Below are positions 39,948 to 53,071 of a DNA stretch of 64,000 nt, one piece after another. The stretch comes from Octopus bimaculoides. Its lineage: Eukaryota. How positions within the stretch are numbered: position 1 is the first letter of the stretch; every line of letters starts with the position of its first letter. The notes beneath the pieces are model-generated. The model saw only the letters and a list, made by a program, of their open reading frames with translations, was not told the DNA's origin and did not search any database. A program made the position numbers and the translations under genes. The stretch is from the NCBI RefSeq assembly GCF_001194135.2, contig NC_068992.1, positions 45,631,817 through 45,695,816 on the forward strand, given 5' to 3'.

Positions 39948-40748
39948 ATATAATATATATCATATATGCATAAAACAATAATATATTTTATCTTACTATA
40001 ACATTTTTATCACATTATGCTTACATTACAATAACGATTTACTTAGACTATCGTATTTTATTTCTAAATACTGTAACTTTCATATATTAATATATTCTAA
40101 ATAAAAACAGAATACATTTGCTTCCAATTTTGTATTAAAAATTCTAATAATGATATTTTTTTAATACATAGAAATGTGTAACCAAACCTCATATATATTT
40201 ACATATATTTTCTGATAAGTTACGCGTATGACGATTTTTTTCTTACCTGGTATGATGTTTTGCTCTAATAATATAATCTTTATTTCTTACTATATATTTA
40301 TTGAAACATCTGATATTACTGCCTCATTAAATCTTATAACATTTTCCTATCATTTACAATGTAATATTACATCCTACAACACCTCACTGTTAATAAACTA
40401 GTTTTGCCAAGACAAAATACATTTGAAATGAATTAGATTAGCTATATGATATAATGATATTTCCAGTGGTGTATGCTATCTTTTTAAACTACGTCTAATA
40501 TAGTCCCCTCCGTGGACTATAAAATAAAGTATTTCTTTTAAAAAGAAAACATTTTCCTAAAAGTTATGAGGGAAAAACACGGATCTTGTAAATTTTCTGA
40601 AGTCATCCGCCCCGTTGCTTTCCGCACATTTTTATATTCGATTCCTACTCGTTTTCTTTTTTACATCCGTTGCATTATTTTAAGTTGTTTTCGGGTAATA
40701 TTGTAAACATTAATCAAATTTTGAATAACAAAAATTAAATAATATCAC

Positions 40749-40814
40749 AAGGGGGCATCAGGATTTTAGAAATGATTCGGTGGGGCATGGCCAAAAATCA
40801 GTTTGGAACCACTG
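40749..40814 (+). mobile_element. hAT (Charlie-like) terminal fragment
   Basis: ggggcatggccaaaaatcagtttggaaccactg: the reverse complement CAGTGGTTCCAAAC is a Charlie-type TIR. The right flank CTTTAGAG resembles the NTCTAGAN target. The left end was not identified. Confidence 0.55.
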
Positions 40815-40831
40815 CTTTAGAGTCATATATA

Positions 40832-41289
40832 NNNNNNNNNNNNNNNNNNNNNNNNNNNNNNNNNNNNNNNNNNNNNNNNNNNNNNNNNNNNNNNNNNNNN
40901 NNNNNNNNNNNNNNNNNNNNNNNNNNNNNNNNNNNNNNNNNNNNNNNNNNNNNNNNNNNNNNNNNNNNNNNNNNNNNNNNNNNNNNNNNNNNNNNNNNNN
41001 NNNNNNNNNNNNNNNNNNNNNNNNNNNNNNNNNNNNNNNNNNNNNNNNNNNNNNNNNNNNNNNNNNNNNNNNNNNNNNNNNNNNNNNNNNNNNNNNNNNN
41101 NNNNNNNNNNNNNNNNNNNNNNNNNNNNNNNNNNNNNNNNNNNNNNNNNNNNNNNNNNNNNNNNNNNNNNNNNNNNNNNNNNNNNNNNNNNNNNNNNNNN
41201 NNNNNNNNNNNNNNNNNNNNNNNNNNNNNNNNNNNNNNNNNNNNNNNNNNNNNNNNNNNNNNNNNNNNNNNNNNNNNNNNNNNNNNNNN
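40832..41289. other. Assembly gap within (TA)n
   Basis: N run. Confidence 1.
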
Positions 41290-42292
41290 ATATATATATG
41301 ACGTTGACCACTAACGTGGACATTCAATGTGCTAGAAATAGATCACATCTTGTGTCTAACAAAACCTAAATTGTTCTCAACATGAAACGTAAGCGGGCAA
41401 GACATTGGAAAGGAACATTATTAAACAGGTACCGGTTTCAAATTTAGCAATCTTACCGACTGTCTATTTCTCTTCAGCCTGATTTGTAATGGAACCATAA
41501 TCATCAGAACCCCATACAAAGTTGCCCACCGCCATAGGTGCGCGTGTATATGGTTCTGCTAATTACAGCTTAATGGTAAAATTCAAAAGTCTTCGTTTTG
41601 GTGCGCTAATTCCAGGAATATGTCTGCAGAGAATATTTACTGCGTCGCATATATACAGTATGAGAACTCGGTAGGGGTTAATACATTATCAAAAAATATG
41701 GCAAAAAATCATATATTAATTAATATCGATTAATTACCAGGAAGCTAGCACATTTAAAAAATCAAAGAGATTCAGAAACAGTATCTGCAATCTCATATAT
41801 ATATATATAATGATTTTTGGCTAATTTCTGGAAGAAAATCGGCATTCTTTTTTTGTATTTGCTGTCGATAAGACAACCGCTAGGGCGGCGGATTCGAAAG
41901 ATTATAACATATAAGCACGAGGCATGTTCTGTATTGTCTCGTGTTTATATGTTAATCTTGGCTTTCTTGCCGATGATAACTGGCCTAGCAAATTATTTTA
42001 TTTTGCTGAAAATAGGTTGAAACCATGTTATTGAACCGGTGAGTGTGTTAATTAATAAGGCATTAAAACAGAATGACTGTCCCCCTTCGAAACGCTTAGT
42101 TTAGGATAGGGGCAGCTGATGAAGGAAATGTGCGCTATGTGGCCTGTTTGTTTTCTGTGCTCTGTTTATGTTCTGCTTTTCATTTTGTCCACGTTCTTTT
42201 GTGATGTCCTGTACCCAGATAGGCATCTATATATACATGTAGATGTAGGTATGTACATATATGTATACATGCATATGCTCACATATTATTTC

Positions 42293-42326
<34 letters not shown>

Positions 42327-43324
42327 CGTAGAATTAGGTAATTATTATTGTTGGTCGAAATAAAATATTAGATGTACAAGATATAGAATAAGTGTTGAAT
42401 TTCTCTAACAGAAGGTAAAAATCTGTTATAGGATGAAGATTGTTCAACTATATAGAAACGATTGCTATTGGTGCTACAAAAAACATCATTAGCGATAAAA
42501 ACGCAATAGTATATAATTAAACGCACAGATACTTTAGATGATATCAATTGGATTAATATGTGCTCTGAATGCGTTATTAAATAGAACAATATCTTGGTAT
42601 AAGTAAAGTATGTTATGTGAAATAAATATATGTCTTTTGAGATACAAAATTGTTTATTAAAGATAGAAGTACACCATTAGTTTTTAAAATATTATCTTGA
42701 ACTGAAAAATGCATTAGTGTAAGATGTGTTAGAAGAAATAAAACGGTACTGGAAACAGAAAAAAATACTTTGCGTGATATAAAACATACAATATTATAGG
42801 TAGATCTATATTATAAGAGGTAACAGATACATTATCGGAAGGAAAACTTCATTGTCAGAGATCCATTGATAGAAGAATAAGTAAAATATCGTATCATTAC
42901 TCTGTAATACTGTGAAGTATTTAAAAAGGATGGTGTGAATAATGATGATGATGGTGATGCTGACGAAGTTAGTGCTTGCAGTGTTGGCAGTGTTGATGGT
43001 GGAGATAAAGTTAATGGAAATGGCTGTGATAATGCACCTAAAGGTTATGATGATGAAGACAACACCAATAATAGTGGTGGTGGTGGTGGTGATAAGATTA
43101 CAGTGACCTTGGTGAAGATAGTACTGATTTGTAGTGTCAGTTGCAAAGGGGTTGTGCTGTGAGTGTGTATGAACGCATACACTGCCCGCTGTTAGGCTCG
43201 TGGCGTATTCAGAAGCCAGTATTCTCTTTTCTTCATTTAAGCTCCTAGAGGTGACAAACAAAATAATAAAGTTAACGATAACGAAACGACAACGTTACCA
43301 CCACCACTACCACCGCCATCACAA

Positions 43325-43326
43325 TG

Positions 43327-43395
<69 letters not shown>

Positions 43396-43446
43396 AATAA
43401 TAAATACAACGACGACGACGACGATGATGATGTTGATGATGATGAT
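43325..43446. repeat. Compound microsatellite (AAT)n(GAT)n(GAC)n
   Basis: Directly visible. Confidence 0.97.
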
Positions 43447-43866
43447 AATTGCAACAACGGTCACATGCCATTCAACGATGTGAAAGGAGAGAAGAGAGTC
43501 GGATAATGATTATGAATTCTGAACACTATTTCTGCAGTGTTGTCATGCTCACAGCCGTTGGCCATTAGGTGTGCAGCAGATTGCAGTAAATTATGTGACC
43601 TGTTTCACTAACATATCTCCCAATCTAGGAAACACCACTTATAACTGTCATCAGATGAACCACTCCACAGTTTGATCACGTTACAATGGTTGCATTTTAT
43701 ATAGTGACATTAGGGCATTCTTATTGCTTACAGTCATAACGAGTTAACTTGCAATATCATATTCTAAATAGACAGAAAATTGTAATAACGAAGGTGGTGA
43801 TGATGATGATGATGAGAGGAAAAGAGGAAGAGAGAATACTACTGACTGTGGATGCTACTGCTGCTG

Positions 43867-43870
43867 AATG

Positions 43871-43946
<76 letters not shown>

Positions 43947-43948
43947 GT

Positions 43949-43979
<31 letters not shown>

Positions 43980-43980
43980 A
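43867..43980. repeat. (TAA)n(CAT)n microsatellite at a LINE 3' end
   Basis: Directly visible. Confidence 0.97.
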
Positions 43981-43984
43981 TATT

Positions 43985-44280
43985 ATTCCTTCGTAACACA
44001 GTGTAGGTAAAAATGCACCGGAGTCTTTAGTCATCTGTCAAGTCACAACAAGGACGTCAGACAGATAATACTTTCCTTAAGATGTGCGCTGTGCCCAATA
44101 AGGCTGCTTTTTTGCAAGACATCAATCTTGCATGGGATTTCCAGTTGCCTTAGGTTTTGAAGTTTCAGTGGGATAGAGCCCAACGCTCCGATCTCGCATT
44201 CCATACAGTCTTGCCAATTCCACTTTCAATTCGAAGTACTTGGTGATTTTTTCAACCACTTTACTCACAGCATTCATGTC
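43985..44280 (-). mobile_element. R4/Dong-type LINE 3' end
   Basis: Minus strand reads NAVSKVVEKITKYFELKVELARLYGM..IGALGSIP..LRQLEIPCKIDVLQKAALLGTAHILRKVLSV*, followed by a short 3' UTR. Confidence 0.9.
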
Positions 44281-44834
44281 ATGACCAGGCTAAATGATAT
44301 AGTATATGCAGCAACCTCTGTGTCCACAAAAGAAGTTGGATACCCATTAAAACCCATCCAAACACGAGCATCAACACCCAAGAGACCCTGTGGCTAAATA
44401 ATATCCAGAAAAATAGATAATAAGAGAAAAGATCTGTCAATCTTTAATGAAACTAGTAGAGAATCAACAATACTAAGCAACGAGAAGAGAAGAAAAATAC
44501 TACGTAAATACAAAATTACAGAATAGGGTATACCAGAGGTAAAACAAAAACAGCTAAAGCAAGATATCCTCGCCAAAGCACAAAGAATCTGCCGGTATGA
44601 GAAACGCCAACGATTCTTTGAATAAAACAAACAGTTCAACTCCAAACCCAAAATATTCCACCAAAAACTTGACAAAAATAAAATAAAGATCAATGCAGCA
44701 CCAACAGCAGAAAAAGTGGAAGAAGTTTGGACAGAAATATGGTCTGCGAAGGAACAACCTAAACAGAGGTCTATCAAACAACGAACACAGCATCTGAACT
44801 AACTTGGATCCCTATAACAACTGAAGAGGTCACT
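44280..44834 (+). mobile_element. R4/Dong-type LINE pre-RT region, opposite orientation
   Basis: Plus strand reads RLNDIVYAA..WLNNIQKKIDNKRKDLS..QLKQDILAKAQRICRYEKRQRFFE*NKQFNSKPKIFHQ..PTAEKVEEVWTEIWS..WIPITTEEVT, typical of the segment just upstream of the RT in this clade. Confidence 0.8.
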
Positions 44835-44915
44835 TAGGGATCTACTGTTTAGGGACATAACGTTAATATATCACGAGGCGTTAGAGTGAGGTTTTATTTT
44901 CAGTCTCTATTTCAG

Positions 44916-45076
44916 GATGTGGGAGTTCCCTGTTGATGTCAATGGACAATTGATGAGCTCATGCCTTTACTTTGTTCAAAACCAACATGCAACAGTCTTC
45001 AGCACGTTCACTCCATCATTACATGCTTATGAAAATGTAAAATGGCTGAAACTTATTCTCTTTCTAGCATCAGGAA
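44916..45076 (+). CDS. Candidate 161-nt internal exon (phase 2-1)
   Basis: Acceptor ttttattttcagtctctatttcag| and donor GGAA|gtaaga. Only one frame is open: MWEFPVDVNGQLMSSCLYFVQNQHATVFSTFTPSLHAYENVKWLKLILFLASG. No homology recognised. Confidence 0.35.
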
Positions 45077-46464
45077 GTAAGACATAATCATCTCATTTCA
45101 AGCTTTTTACCTTTGACCGGGAAAAAGATCAACACTTTGAAAGGAGTAATTTCAGATAAATGCCAGCGGAAATGTCGAATTCGGTTGCATCCTTCATGGG
45201 ATATATTAAGGAGACGATCTTAACATCACTAAAGTTTATTTTGTAGACAGAAGAAATAATCCAAGACTTCATGTTAATGATTGATTTCGTCTTTATGAGA
45301 TCTAGAGATCATAACGACAAGCTCCACATAAAAACTAGCTGAAGTGTCGACATCTAGTGTCCTAACCAATGTCATATCTGACAAACATTCTGCTCTGGAA
45401 GACAACCATTTTTAAATTTGAAAAACTCCTGTAATGATAACACAACAATGAAGTAATCTTGTAGGGTACAGAAAAACAAGAAAAAAGAATAACTAAACAC
45501 AAATAGACGAAAATACGGAGATTTGCAATAAAGAATAAACAGCTCTCAAACGTAAACAGAACAAATACACATTGAAAATATCACAAAACAACCGATCAAA
45601 CATATAAAAGATAACCTGCTATAAACTAACGAAATCAATACAACACAGCACACGTATGTCACATGAACCATGAAACAACTGTATCCCGACACAAAGAAAT
45701 TGACGTACGACAAAAGAGCACATTTATAGCGGATGTGTCCTCAGTATACAATGTCTATAACGCAGAAGATCTGATCACGCACAGAACACAACGAATCAGT
45801 GAAACAATATCAGACACGGACATTAAAGAAACAAAAATTCAGAATGAAGCTAATGGTCACAGAATATATGAATATATCAATGTATGTTTATAATATAGAT
45901 TTATATGTGAATGTGTATGTGTGTGTATGTAATGTATATAAGTAGTTAGATGGATATATTGATATATAATGTATATAAATATTCATTAACACGCACACAC
46001 GTACATAGACTTTATATATACTATTAGGCAGTATAAGCAGCAAAGTAGGAGAAGCACTTAGATGAGACTAGCAGGTACCTATCGCTTCTTGGGTTATCGA
46101 GTTATAAATACACCATAGAGCACCTACCCACCCTCTCTCCCAAATTATATACTTATATATTTGTGTTTATCTATCTCTTATTTCACTCCTCTCTTTGTGT
46201 GTTTGTTTGTATATATATATATATATAAATGTGTACATTAGTGTGTGCGTAATTCACATGCAAACACTTATTTATCTTGACAAAATAATTAAATTGCAAA
46301 GCTATAAGTTTGTAGAGTAAAATAATATCAAACCATCTATTAATCTCTCATACCTTTTTGAAAATTGCTTGATAGCTACCGAGGAAAGAACCAACACTAT
46401 CTTTCAGCATATTGAGGAATTTACATTAAAGAATGAAAAGCATACATATATTTCATTCTTTTAT

Positions 46465-46690
46465 TCTTTTATGTGTTTCAGCCATTTGTCTGCAACCGTA
46501 CTGGAGTACGGCCCTAAGGGTTTAGTCGAACAAATCGACCCTAAGTTTTTACAGGTCTCCTTTTCCAAACTGTTAAGTTACGAGAATGCAAACAAACCAC
46601 CACCGGTTGCCAAGCAGTGATCGGGGACCAACGCAAAGACACACTCACACACAAACACACACACACACAAACACTTACTCATATATATAC
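46465..46690 (-). mobile_element. SINE family B, 3' part
   Basis: tgtttcagccatttgtctgcaaccgtactggagtacggcc..tttagtcgaacaaatcgaccc..ccaaactgttaagttacgag..accggttgccaagc, followed by a CA tract. Confidence 0.8.
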
Positions 46691-46691
46691 A

Positions 46692-47140
46692 GACTTTTGG
46701 AAGAGGGGCGACGTCGAAATACATGGCCAGTCTGACAACCTCAGGCACGCACCACTGCATTAAAACCCTCCGACCGACATTCAGTGTAAACCCAGTCACA
46801 CGGGCCATCCTCACCACATTCACCCACCAAACATACTCTCCACCCTCACATCAGTTTTTAAAGTGGAACTTGCAAAAGTCTATGAGGGCTTGGCTTCAAA
46901 GGAAAGTATCTGTCTCCAGTCGTTTCAACCTCGTTCACCTCACTACTTCTTTTATTATAGCCACCAGACAAAGGAAAACTGCCTGCCCTTCCCTGTCAGA
47001 AGGCAGCGGGTTGATCCACACGATGGACTCAGCTGATAACCGGATCTGTCCACCACGCGTCAGCAGCTGTTCGACAAACAAGCAAACACAATCAGTCAAA
47101 CACAATTCAACATTTTCTGTAGACAATGCGTCACTTATTT
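46692..47140 (-). mobile_element. L1/Tx1-type LINE ORF2 C-terminus and 3' end
   Basis: GC-rich insert. The minus frame with stops reads EQLLTRGGQIRLSAESIV..PLPSDREGQAVFLCLVAIIKEVVR*TRLKRLETDTFL*SQALIDFCKFHFK...WVNVVRMARVTG. It resembles Tx1-like ORF2 ends from memory; not verified. Confidence 0.55.
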
Positions 47141-47190
47141 AAGAAAAATGGGGGTGCATCAACTAATAGTAAAGGTATTAATGGTTTTCG

Positions 47191-47401
47191 GGGAGTGAAA
47201 TTGTTGATTATGTAGATCCCAGTATATGACTGGCACTTTAATCTCTTTTTCTGAAATAATAAAATTGAAGTTGACGTCAGTAAGATTTGAACTCAGAATG
47301 ATAAATATTGCTGTGCAGGATTTGAACACAGTTTAAAGAGCCAGAAGAAATACTGCGACGTAGTTTTTGACAAAACTCTAACGATTCTGCCAGCTCGCCG
47401 C
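47191..47401 (-). mobile_element. SINE family A, diverged, with a duplicated B-box segment
   Basis: Ends ctctaacgattctgccagctcgccgc (reverse of the head); gatttgaactcag and gatttgaacacag both occur. Confidence 0.75.
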
Positions 47402-48554
47402 TTTATAGAAGGCGAAGAAACCTTTTCATCTGGTGAACTAAATGTATATGATATTTAATGAAATGAACTTTAAAACACGAAAGGTATCATTTCACTCCAT
47501 ATAACAGTTTATCAATGAAAATGTTATCTGTTTTACTCTAAAAGTATATTCACTAAAAGATTTTGTTCCATTACTTGTTCTGCTGGTCATTAGTTAAATG
47601 TTTTCTCCGTCGTTTACCTGTAATTTTAACACGACATTTCTTTATTGATTCTCAGCCTACCAGGAGTATGAACAGTTTGTTGCGAACCTTTTGACATTTA
47701 TATTAGATTTGTTTTCTCACTGATGGAATGTTTGAATAACTGAACATGTTTACACAGTGTTAATGCTTGCAACACTGTAACTGGCCAAAATAAAAACAAC
47801 CACTTTTTTAAACAAGCCAAATGCTACGAATGACAATTCTTCGTAGTCTGATCTATGTAGGTGTCTATAAACGTGTCTTTACACATTTCCCGTTTATTAT
47901 CGTCTACTTTTCCCAATCTATCGGTAAATACTATCAAACTAAAGTAATCAATTCAAAGCTTGTTTGTATTTTGCTGATATGCTTTAGTGATTCTCACTCA
48001 GTAACAGAAACCCCGTACTAAAGTAATACAATTAATTTTATCCATGTAATTGTTAGAGTAATTTTTGCAATGCTACTTAAACCCACCATTAATACAGCTA
48101 TGGTTTTCCTCTAACTCTACAACAAAAGTCGTCTATTTTGTTTTCATCAGATGAATAACTTAACAAAGAAGATTCATCGTAACGTTTGTAATGTTGAAAA
48201 TTTAGTGACAGTTTAAGTTAAGTATGTATTAGGTTTTCAATTAGCTTAGCAGATTCTGTTAATGCCGAATCTACATGACACAACTTTTGGTTTAGGTTAT
48301 AAATCTCCGCTAAAATCTCTAAATAGGTAGATTTATTTTCCAGGTTTCAGTTCCATGGCATTTTATTAATCTAAAACAAGACCTAAAATGTGTTGATATG
48401 TAAAATAGATGACGTGATATAAGATATTAAATCTGCGAGTTTATGAATCTGGCGTTGTTCAGGAAACGTATTTGTGTTTTGCTGTCTATGACCGTCACTT
48501 CTATCTTATCCCTTCGAGTTCGCTTTTAATATTTGTATTGGGAGTCTTAAATAT

Positions 48555-49170
48555 TATCATCGGATGCTGGCGGCCACACCATCAAGCTTTCACCTTGTAT
48601 GCTGTTAGACTTTAAGAAAGTTTGGGTGATCCCGGCAGAGTGGAGGGAGTGTTGCCATGCAAGAATACGAGATTCCTTACAAGTGACTGCAGTATGTCAT
48701 CTAACCAGTGATTCAAGACCTCCTTCCGGGGATTGCAGTAGGCAGCTGCGGTCACTTTAACCTCTTCAGGCACTCTGACTGGGCCAACAAGTCTGTTCTC
48801 AACAATACCAGCCCACAACATGACTCCTCCATCCTTTTGTTGACATCGTAAACGTTGGTGACGCTCATCTCCAAAATAGACCCAACTATTTTCCCAACCG
48901 TTCGGTTCATCAAGGGTCACCCTGGTTTCGTCAGTGAACAGAACACAACTCATGTCTAACGTCATGTACTTTTGGGCCCATTGAAGCCTCAAACTCCTGT
49001 GAATAAGCAAATTCAGGTATTCTCGCACGGAAGCTATGGTCCTGAAGATGAAATTTCTGGTAGTTTTCGGTACATGAGGAAATCCGGAGGCGGTGAAAAT
49101 GGCTTTGCGTGTTTGTCCAGCTACATGGATGGTAAGGGTGAAACGGATTCACAATACGGGCCTAGATAAA
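48555..49170 (-). mobile_element. Tc1/Tc3-like transposase pseudogene fragment
   Basis: ORF 48612-49028 gives RLQWAQKYM..VLFTDETRVTLDEPNGW..QQKDGGVMLWAGIV..LVGPVRVPE.VKVTAAAYC..LVFLHGN. The shifted frame continues LMVWPPAS, and upstream VPKTTR HTH-like sequence is present. Confidence 0.9.
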
Positions 49171-50034
49171 ACGAACCTTCCCTGGCAGCAATAATGATAC
49201 TCAGCACACTTGGAAGCAACGATGACGTTAGAAGCTGGCAAAGTAGTTATAATTTGCTGTCGACGGCCGATGAAGAGAATGTACATAAGTAACAACTGCG
49301 TAATACTATATATTATATATGAAGAGGAAGCTGAGAGAGGAACATGAATAAATATATTGCATTTCTGAAATATAAAACATCGATAAATCAAAATTTAAAT
49401 ATCAAAATGTTATAAATTGACTAAAATGTATTCAAAGAAATAATGAGAAAAGCGAGACAGCAGCAGATCTCGTAGGCAGATATAGCAGGAGGTAAGAGTA
49501 AACCAGACGTTTTAGTCACTGCAACATGTCTTTTAGAGAAAATATTAACATATTCAAAAGATGACGACAGTTAAAACACAATCCAATAATATCTTACATG
49601 TGTAAACATTACACTATTACGGTAACTAGTAAATATTGACACATACATCGGGACAAATATTGCTTAAAATATAATTTACATTTTCAATAAATTCAACCAT
49701 GTTAGTCATGTGATTTTAACAGCGGTAAAAAGCTATGAATCTCCGGTATTTATTTATTTTTTCTTTCTTCCTTGCCTCAAAATTAATGTACGGAGTATAA
49801 CCATTTTTTGAAAAATGCAAACGCAATATTCGAATAATTTCTTATGAAATCATACGGAAAATATTCAATATTACATGTTATAAACGAATGGTGGTTGTCA
49901 GAGTAGGTGAAATGCCGGACTAAATGATTATTGGTGCGCTCACACACACATACATACATGCAAAAGTTTTTTGCAGTAACATCCTACCGAAACGGTACAA
50001 TGTTACCCGAATATTTTATTGTTTCCTTACACCA

Positions 50035-50197
<163 letters not shown>

Positions 50198-51724
50198 AAA
50201 TAAAGAAATCATTGCTTTTATTTGTGATATTACTTTCCTGGATATTTGACATTTTTTTTCTTTTTTTGAAACCTCAATCTATAAAATTGTTTTGATTTAA
50301 GTTGTGATTTATCGACTTTTTACTGCACCAAATATGAATAAATAATCCGATGAAACCATGCCACTGGTAGATTGCAATATGGCTGCTAGACTTTGACTAA
50401 AATTTCTGCGCATATTTTGCATAACTAATGGCTGTAGAACGTGTTGTTTAGTGCTATTACTGTCTCAGAGATATGGTCAGTAGGAAACTCTTGATATATC
50501 GTAATACAAGTAAAACCAATAATCACATTATTATGGTTGATTAAAATATTTATCGTTATAAGATTCTAAGAATTCTATAGTCATCGTAGCTGTTTTCAGT
50601 TTTCTTTGACTTAAAGTGATGAGAGAGAAGATACACTCTGTATAATTCTTCGTGAAATCTTCAGCAGCATGATCAAAACTTTTCTACAACACATTTTCGA
50701 TCTGTTACACTATCTATAGTATACTTTTCGACAGAGATTTCAAATTTTAATCAACAACTACAGGCTGGTGGATTGAGATTTCGAATCTCTCTAGAGATAT
50801 CAAATTCAAAATGCCCAATTGTTTGCAAACAAATTGTTCATACAAGCCAGTCGAGGATAAGCGTTAAAATTCCTTGGTCTTTTTTTCAACCAAGCCAACC
50901 TGGTAGAAATTGTGCGCATTATTAATTTGTTTTCCGAAAGATATGCAGGCAATGTTGTCAGAAAAAATGTGCAAGCAAGAGAAATTGAAGGATCTAATCT
51001 GAATTCTTGCAACAGAATTAACTTTTCTAAAGGCGGCATGTCTACCGCTACGACTCCAATATGTCTAAAATATTGAGAATATTAAGATCATTTATTCTCG
51101 GACTATTAAACGCATCTAGAGACGAAGTTATGCTTCAGTCGGGTTTATTGCCAACAAGTCGTAAATAGTCTTGTTCTTGAATGTATACACAACGACGAGG
51201 GTGGTGACTGAATTATAAAAGCAATGTAGACGGAAATAATAAAAACGGAAACGAATACTACGTCTCTACTGACGGAGTTAATAATCCAAAACAAAATGTA
51301 AATTAGAACACTGCACCAGACTTTAAACATATCAGACAGCATGGTTATTTGAACAAGAAATTATTTCACTAAATGAAAACGCAAGATAAACTGAATAACC
51401 CTTTAACACTGTATTTTATGTCACGCAAATTTACCGACTCCCTAAGAAATTGTGACAAACAAAAAAGTTGCATTGATAATTACCGTCGATACTTATATAC
51501 TTCTGTGGTTTTCTTGTTAGTGTTTAGCCCACAGCTATGACTGCCCCGTCTTTTCCGAATGAGTACCACATTATACAAAAGTTACGTTTACTAAGACTGT
51601 AGAGCAATAGTTGTATGACATTTAGCAGCTACTTTCAACAAGTCAAGAGATCATTTAGAACTTCTATCGTTGGCTTCGTAATACTATTGGTTGGCAACGG
51701 TAATTTAGAATATATTGTATGACA

Positions 51725-52111
51725 GGAGACGCAATGGCCCAGTGGTTAGGGCAGCGGACTCGCGGTCATAGGATCGCGGTTTCGATTCCCATACCGGGCG
51801 TTGTGAGTGTTTATTGAGCGAAAAAACCTAATGTTCCACGAGGCTCCGGTAGGGGATGGTGGCGAACCCTGCTGTACTCTTCCACCACAACTTTCTCTCA
51901 CTCTTATTTCCTGTTTCTGTTGTACCTGTATTTCAAAGGGCCAGCCTTGTCACACTGTGTGACGCTGAATATCCCCGAGAACTACGTTAAGGGTACACGT
52001 GTCTGTGGAGTGCTCAGCCACTTGCACGTTAATTTCACGAGCAGGCTGTTTCATTGATCGGATCAACTGGAACCCTCGACGTCGTAAGCGACGGAGTGCC
52101 AACAACAACAA
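51725..52111 (+). mobile_element. tRNA-derived SINE, family C, full length with (AAC)n tail
   Basis: tRNA-like head with A box TGGCCCAGTGG and B box GTTTCGATTCC, a ~300-bp unique body and an aacaacaacaa tail. It resembles the octopus tRNA-derived SINEs (OK/OR1/OR2 of Ohshima & Okada); family assignment not verified. Confidence 0.85.
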
Positions 52112-52147
52112 TGAGAACCTATAAAACTGAACGGTCTTGGTCGAAAA

Positions 52148-52788
52148 NNNNNNNNNNNNNNNNNNNNNNNNNNNNNNNNNNNNNNNNNNNNNNNNNNNNN
52201 NNNNNNNNNNNNNNNNNNNNNNNNNNNNNNNNNNNNNNNNNNNNNNNNNNNNNNNNNNNNNNNNNNNNNNNNNNNNNNNNNNNNNNNNNNNNNNNNNNNN
52301 NNNNNNNNNNNNNNNNNNNNNNNNNNNNNNNNNNNNNNNNNNNNNNNNNNNNNNNNNNNNNNNNNNNNNNNNNNNNNNNNNNNNNNNNNNNNNNNNNNNN
52401 NNNNNNNNNNNNNNNNNNNNNNNNNNNNNNNNNNNNNNNNNNNNNNNNNNNNNNNNNNNNNNNNNNNNNNNNNNNNNNNNNNNNNNNNNNNNNNNNNNNN
52501 NNNNNNNNNNNNNNNNNNNNNNNNNNNNNNNNNNNNNNNNNNNNNNNNNNNNNNNNNNNNNNNNNNNNNNNNNNNNNNNNNNNNNNNNNNNNNNNNNNNN
52601 NNNNNNNNNNNNNNNNNNNNNNNNNNNNNNNNNNNNNNNNNNNNNNNNNNNNNNNNNNNNNNNNNNNNNNNNNNNNNNNNNNNNNNNNNNNNNNNNNNNN
52701 NNNNNNNNNNNNNNNNNNNNNNNNNNNNNNNNNNNNNNNNNNNNNNNNNNNNNNNNNNNNNNNNNNNNNNNNNNNNNNNNNNNNNNNN
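52148..52788. other. Assembly gap followed by (GATA)n
   Basis: N run. Confidence 1.
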
Positions 52789-52789
52789 N

Positions 52790-52829
<40 letters not shown>

Positions 52830-53032
52830 CGATAGATAGATAGATACATAGATATGGTGAGTGGTCTTGTAAGATTTGATTGTTTGAAATTTTCTGTTGA
52901 TATACTGGTCGGAAAGCCAAATCTAAAATACCTACTTATGTTAACGTCCGTCCTACCAATTTACATATATATGTGCGTACGTGAGTACTCATGCCTGCTT
53001 AGATCCGTGTATATATATATAAATATGTGTGT

Positions 53033-53071
<39 letters not shown>

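Noticed and set aside
41440-41580. Exon candidates on both strands (+ LICNGTIIIRTPYKVAHRH; - NHIHAHLWRWATLYGVLMIMVPLQIRLKRNRQS)
   Set aside because: Equally plausible splice pairs on opposite strands show how easily these arise by chance; no independent support.
42077-42125. Hammerhead-ribozyme-like motifs (CGAAAC...CTGATGA) with a ctgtccc/ggggcag stem, as in Penelope ends
   Set aside because: Only 7 nt lie between the putative cleavage site and CUGAUGA, so no stem I can form; stems II and III are mismatched. An Infernal search (Rfam hammerhead models) would be needed to rescue it.
51725-51800. tRNA gene
   Set aside because: No proper acceptor stem or canonical anticodon loop; it continues into a SINE body and tail.
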